A DNA stretch of 18,845 nucleotides, from positions 1 through 18,845 of the forward strand of contig CBFDTJ010000024.1 in assembly GCA_965612865.1 (NCBI GenBank). Reading direction: 5' to 3'. Numbering within the stretch: position 1 is the first letter of the stretch; every line of letters starts with the position of its first letter. A program made the translations under genes and the position numbers. Under the pieces are notes generated by a model that had not been told where the DNA came from, ran no database searches, and saw nothing but the letters and a program-made list of their open reading frames with translations. This document shows positions 16,389-18,845 of this stretch, piece by piece. This DNA is from an uncultured bacterium. GTDB lineage: Bacteria; Caldisericota; Caldisericia; B22-G15.

Positions 16389-17780
16389 TCACCTCCCCCC
16401 AAACTTAATATTTACCCCCTCTCTCCTATCATTAAAGAGAAGACTACATCTCCCAGATGAATACCAGTCAAAGGTAAGGTGGTATCTCCTATCTGCATAG
16501 TATCCAGACATGAAGTTTCCTGTATCCCTTAACCTGTCAAATGGTATCCAACCTGTAGTGTATCCTCTATCAGGTATCCTTAGTAACCACCTCCTTCCCT
16601 CTCTATCTACAAAGAACTCAAAGTATCCTGTTCTTGTTGCTGTTCCCTTTATTAATGGAATCATCTCAACACTTATCTCTGGTTCTACATCGGCATATTT
16701 CCTTACAAAGGTATAATCAACTTCAGTTTTCCCTTTATAATAGAATGCCAGTCCCCCACCATTCTCCCCCACCACAATAACAAGCTTTCTATTCGATCCA
16801 AGGGAAGTTGATGTAGAAGTATCCACCTCAGTTTGACCATCTTCTTCTCTAACAACTTTTATTTCAAATTTTGTTCCATTAGAGAATAAAGTTTGTGTCA
16901 TTTTGAGCCATTTATCTATAGAATCTGAATAAAAAGGTCCGTTGGGATATTGATACTTAATATGTGATATTGGATTCTCAGTTTTATCTTTTTCCATTAT
17001 AAAGTAATCTCCAACTCCAATATTTTCTATTTTGTGTCTGATTCTGTTTATTCCATTAGGGTAAGAAGAGATTTCTCCAGTATACTTAGGGAAAGGATGT
17101 ACCTTGGTTTCAATTTCCCAGATAAATTCGTTATACTCATCAAAGTTTCTTTTTGATTTTATATAAGCATAACCTCTATCATTTAAGTAACTACTGGAAG
17201 ATAAAGAGATTCTACCATTTGAAACATCTATCCTTCCTATACCTCCTATAAATCCAATTCCCTTATCCCACTTACCTGTATTAACACTTCCTCCCTCAAA
17301 ATCATCAAAGAAGATGAAGGTACTATCTCCATCTCCTGCCCACCATCCTGATGTCGGATTGTCTGGATCTGTATGCCATCCAATTCCTGAGATAGAAGGA
17401 TTTCCATAGTACATATATATGTATTTAATTCCCACAGGAATGTCCGGTACTTTAACCCATATTGTTGCCTTCCTATTCTCATAATCCCACTTCTCTATCC
17501 AGTAAGGAAGAAGCGTTTCTCCATCATCTTCTGTGAATCTTACAACTCTTGCATCAGGTTGAACATTATTCCAGAAATCTGTGAGAGTTGGATCCATTTC
17601 AACCTTTATCTGGTAATCTGTGAGTGCTGTTGAATCTACCTTATTATTATCAATCTTTACAAAGTAATAACCACTCCATCCTGAAAGCCCATATGCTGAT
17701 TTTATAGACTTGTTATATACTCCAAGACCTAAAGATATAGATAGAAACACCATAAGAAGAATTAAAATAATCCTTCTCAT
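16389..17780 (-). CDS. Secreted DUF2341-like protein with shared 88-aa C-terminal domain (paralogue C)
   Basis: Signal peptide MRRIILILLMVFLSISLGLG...AYG. The N-terminal block is 110/135 aa identical to A by hand count, and the C-terminal domain is shared with A and B. Confidence 0.85.
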   Translation of the reverse strand: MRRIILILLMVFLSISLGLGVYNKSIKSAYGLSGWSGYYFVKIDNNKVDSTALTDYQIKVEMDPTLTDFWNNVQPDARVVRFTEDDGETLLPYWIEKWDYENRKATIWVKVPDIPVGIKYIYMYYGNPSISGIGWHTDPDNPTSGWWAGDGDSTFIFFDDFEGGSVNTGKWDKGIGFIGGIGRIDVSNGRISLSSSSYLNDRGYAYIKSKRNFDEYNEFIWEIETKVHPFPKYTGEISSYPNGINRIRHKIENIGVGDYFIMEKDKTENPISHIKYQYPNGPFYSDSIDKWLKMTQTLFSNGTKFEIKVVREEDGQTEVDTSTSTSLGSNRKLVIVVGENGGGLAFYYKGKTEVDYTFVRKYADVEPEISVEMIPLIKGTATRTGYFEFFVDREGRRWLLRIPDRGYTTGWIPFDRLRDTGNFMSGYYADRRYHLTFDWYSSGRCSLLFNDRREGVNIKFGGR

Positions 17781-17814
17781 ACTACACCTCTAAGCCTTTT
17801 TTATTCTTGTTAAA

Positions 17815-17843
17815 AAAATACATCAAAATGACAATTTTGTCAA
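17815..17843 (-). promoter_or_regulatory. Putative sigma70 promoter of paralogue C, overlapped by a palindrome
   Basis: TTGACA (17843-17838), 17-bp spacer, TATTTT (17820-17815). The dyad TGACAA-n2-TTGTCA lies at 17829-17842. Confidence 0.6.
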
Positions 17844-17968
17844 GAGTCAAAGCCGTATGCTGCATTTGATTATTTTCACCAACAGGTTAGTGATCTCTCC
17901 TCTATTTTTATAAATTACAATAATCTCTTTAAACTAATTTGATATTCTTTTACAGCACAAAAATATTA

Positions 17969-18845
17969 TCAGGAAATTGAGTTTTTAAATTTCATGGGAA
18001 GGAGCACCCGGGGAATAAAAGTAAAAGAGGGGTAAAGATATACTCTTCCAGATGGTGCCATTCTACCTGTGAGTTCATCTCTTACAGGAGATATATGAAT
18101 GGTTATTGTGTGATTCTCTGTCGTTCCAGCCCACCTTTCGTTAAAAAGGTCATAAACTGGAACACCTTCTTTAATATAGGGTGAATTCAAAGATAAACTC
18201 ACCTCATTCTGCCACTCCCAAACAGCAACAAAACCGTTGGTGTAGTATCTTATATAACCTCCATCTATATTTTCATATCCATCCCCAAGAGGCTTACCGA
18301 GATCATAAAAATAAATTTTGTTCTCTTCCAGGGAGTTATCAAAAGGAACTTCAGTGTAGGATATAAAGTTATAAAGTTTTGATAAAGCATATCCAAAAAA
18401 TATTGCATTCTTTGGTATTTTGGGTTTATAAACAGTTATTTCATCCCTCTTTTCCAGGGGAATGAATTCCGGTGCTGCATAGTTCATACAGATAAAATTT
18501 TTAAAGGGTTCTTCAAATTTAGCCCTTAAAGAGTTAAGAAAATCAAGGTAGTAAAGCGTATCTTTAAGAGAACCAGTCATAATACTCTCACTCACAGGAT
18601 AGTATATGGTCTGTGGAACCTCAACAAAGCCCATTCCTTCAACATAAAGGACTTTTCCGAAATAGCCATAATCTGTTCCATAGCTCTCTGTCATATCATA
18701 ATCAACCCATCTAAGTACATTGTTTTTATTTCTAAACCCTTGATTGGTAACAATGATCATATCATCGGTTCTTTCTCTTAAAGTTTGGTAGAATTCGCCC
18801 ACTGAATCAGGATATGTTTTATCCGGGTGTCTTATGTTAAAAGTC
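17969..18845 (-). CDS. Partial CDS (5' end outside the window); possible GH114/PelA-like endo-alpha-1,4-polygalactosaminidase-type glycoside hydrolase
   Basis: The frame is open from the window edge (TFNIRHPDKTYPDSVGEF...), so GTG 18802 is probably internal. LRER..DMIIVTNQGF....VDYDMTESY resembles TIM-barrel strands of that family. The product call is tentative. Confidence 0.5.
   Translation of the reverse strand, partial: TFNIRHPDKTYPDSVGEFYQTLRERTDDMIIVTNQGFRNKNNVLRWVDYDMTESYGTDYGYFGKVLYVEGMGFVEVPQTIYYPVSESIMTGSLKDTLYYLDFLNSLRAKFEEPFKNFICMNYAAPEFIPLEKRDEITVYKPKIPKNAIFFGYALSKLYNFISYTEVPFDNSLEENKIYFYDLGKPLGDGYENIDGGYIRYYTNGFVAVWEWQNEVSLSLNSPYIKEGVPVYDLFNERWAGTTENHTITIHISPVRDELTGRMAPSGRVYLYPSFTFIPRVLLPMKFKNSIS

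Noticed and set aside
5091..17780. Diversity-generating retroelement explanation for the repeats
   Set aside because: There is no reverse transcriptase in the window, all repeat copies lie inside intact CDSs with no non-coding template repeat, and the C-terminal region is the most conserved part rather than the most variable.
358..18366. Other short ORFs (60-145 aa) overlapping the main genes, including the similar pair 5398-5592/17246-17482 and the pair 9451-9654/16510-16716
   Set aside because: All lie antisense or out of frame within well-supported CDSs. Their mutual similarity simply reflects the paralogous DNA.

Overview
AT-rich bacterial contig end. Bases 4-69 are an untrimmed Illumina Nextera adapter, not genome. 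The backbone is two minus-strand housekeeping runs. The first is uvrB - degenerate PfkB kinase - PPC/DUF296 protein - metallophosphoesterase - a FolK/biotin-ligase fusion cut off by the adapter. The second is rplU-rpmA-obgE-nadD-rsfS-lipoprotein-nfi-MtnP-like phosphorylase, followed by a GlmL-like reactivase. A partial glycoside-hydrolase-like CDS lies at the right edge. Among these sit three paralogous secreted proteins: A (5091-6422 +), B (6464-9823 +) and C (16389-17780 -). Each has a signal peptide, a conserved DUF2341-like domain, a divergent central beta-rich domain, and a shared 88-aa C-terminal domain ending K-[YF]-G-G-R that I cannot assign to a family; B also has five DUF11-type repeats before that tail. 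This constant-variable-constant family is the best candidate for an undescribed system, possibly surface proteins with a common sorting or anchoring tail. The paralogues share near-identical DNA blocks in inverted orientation and look mosaic. Family names come from motif recognition by eye, and identities were counted by hand; no database search was run.
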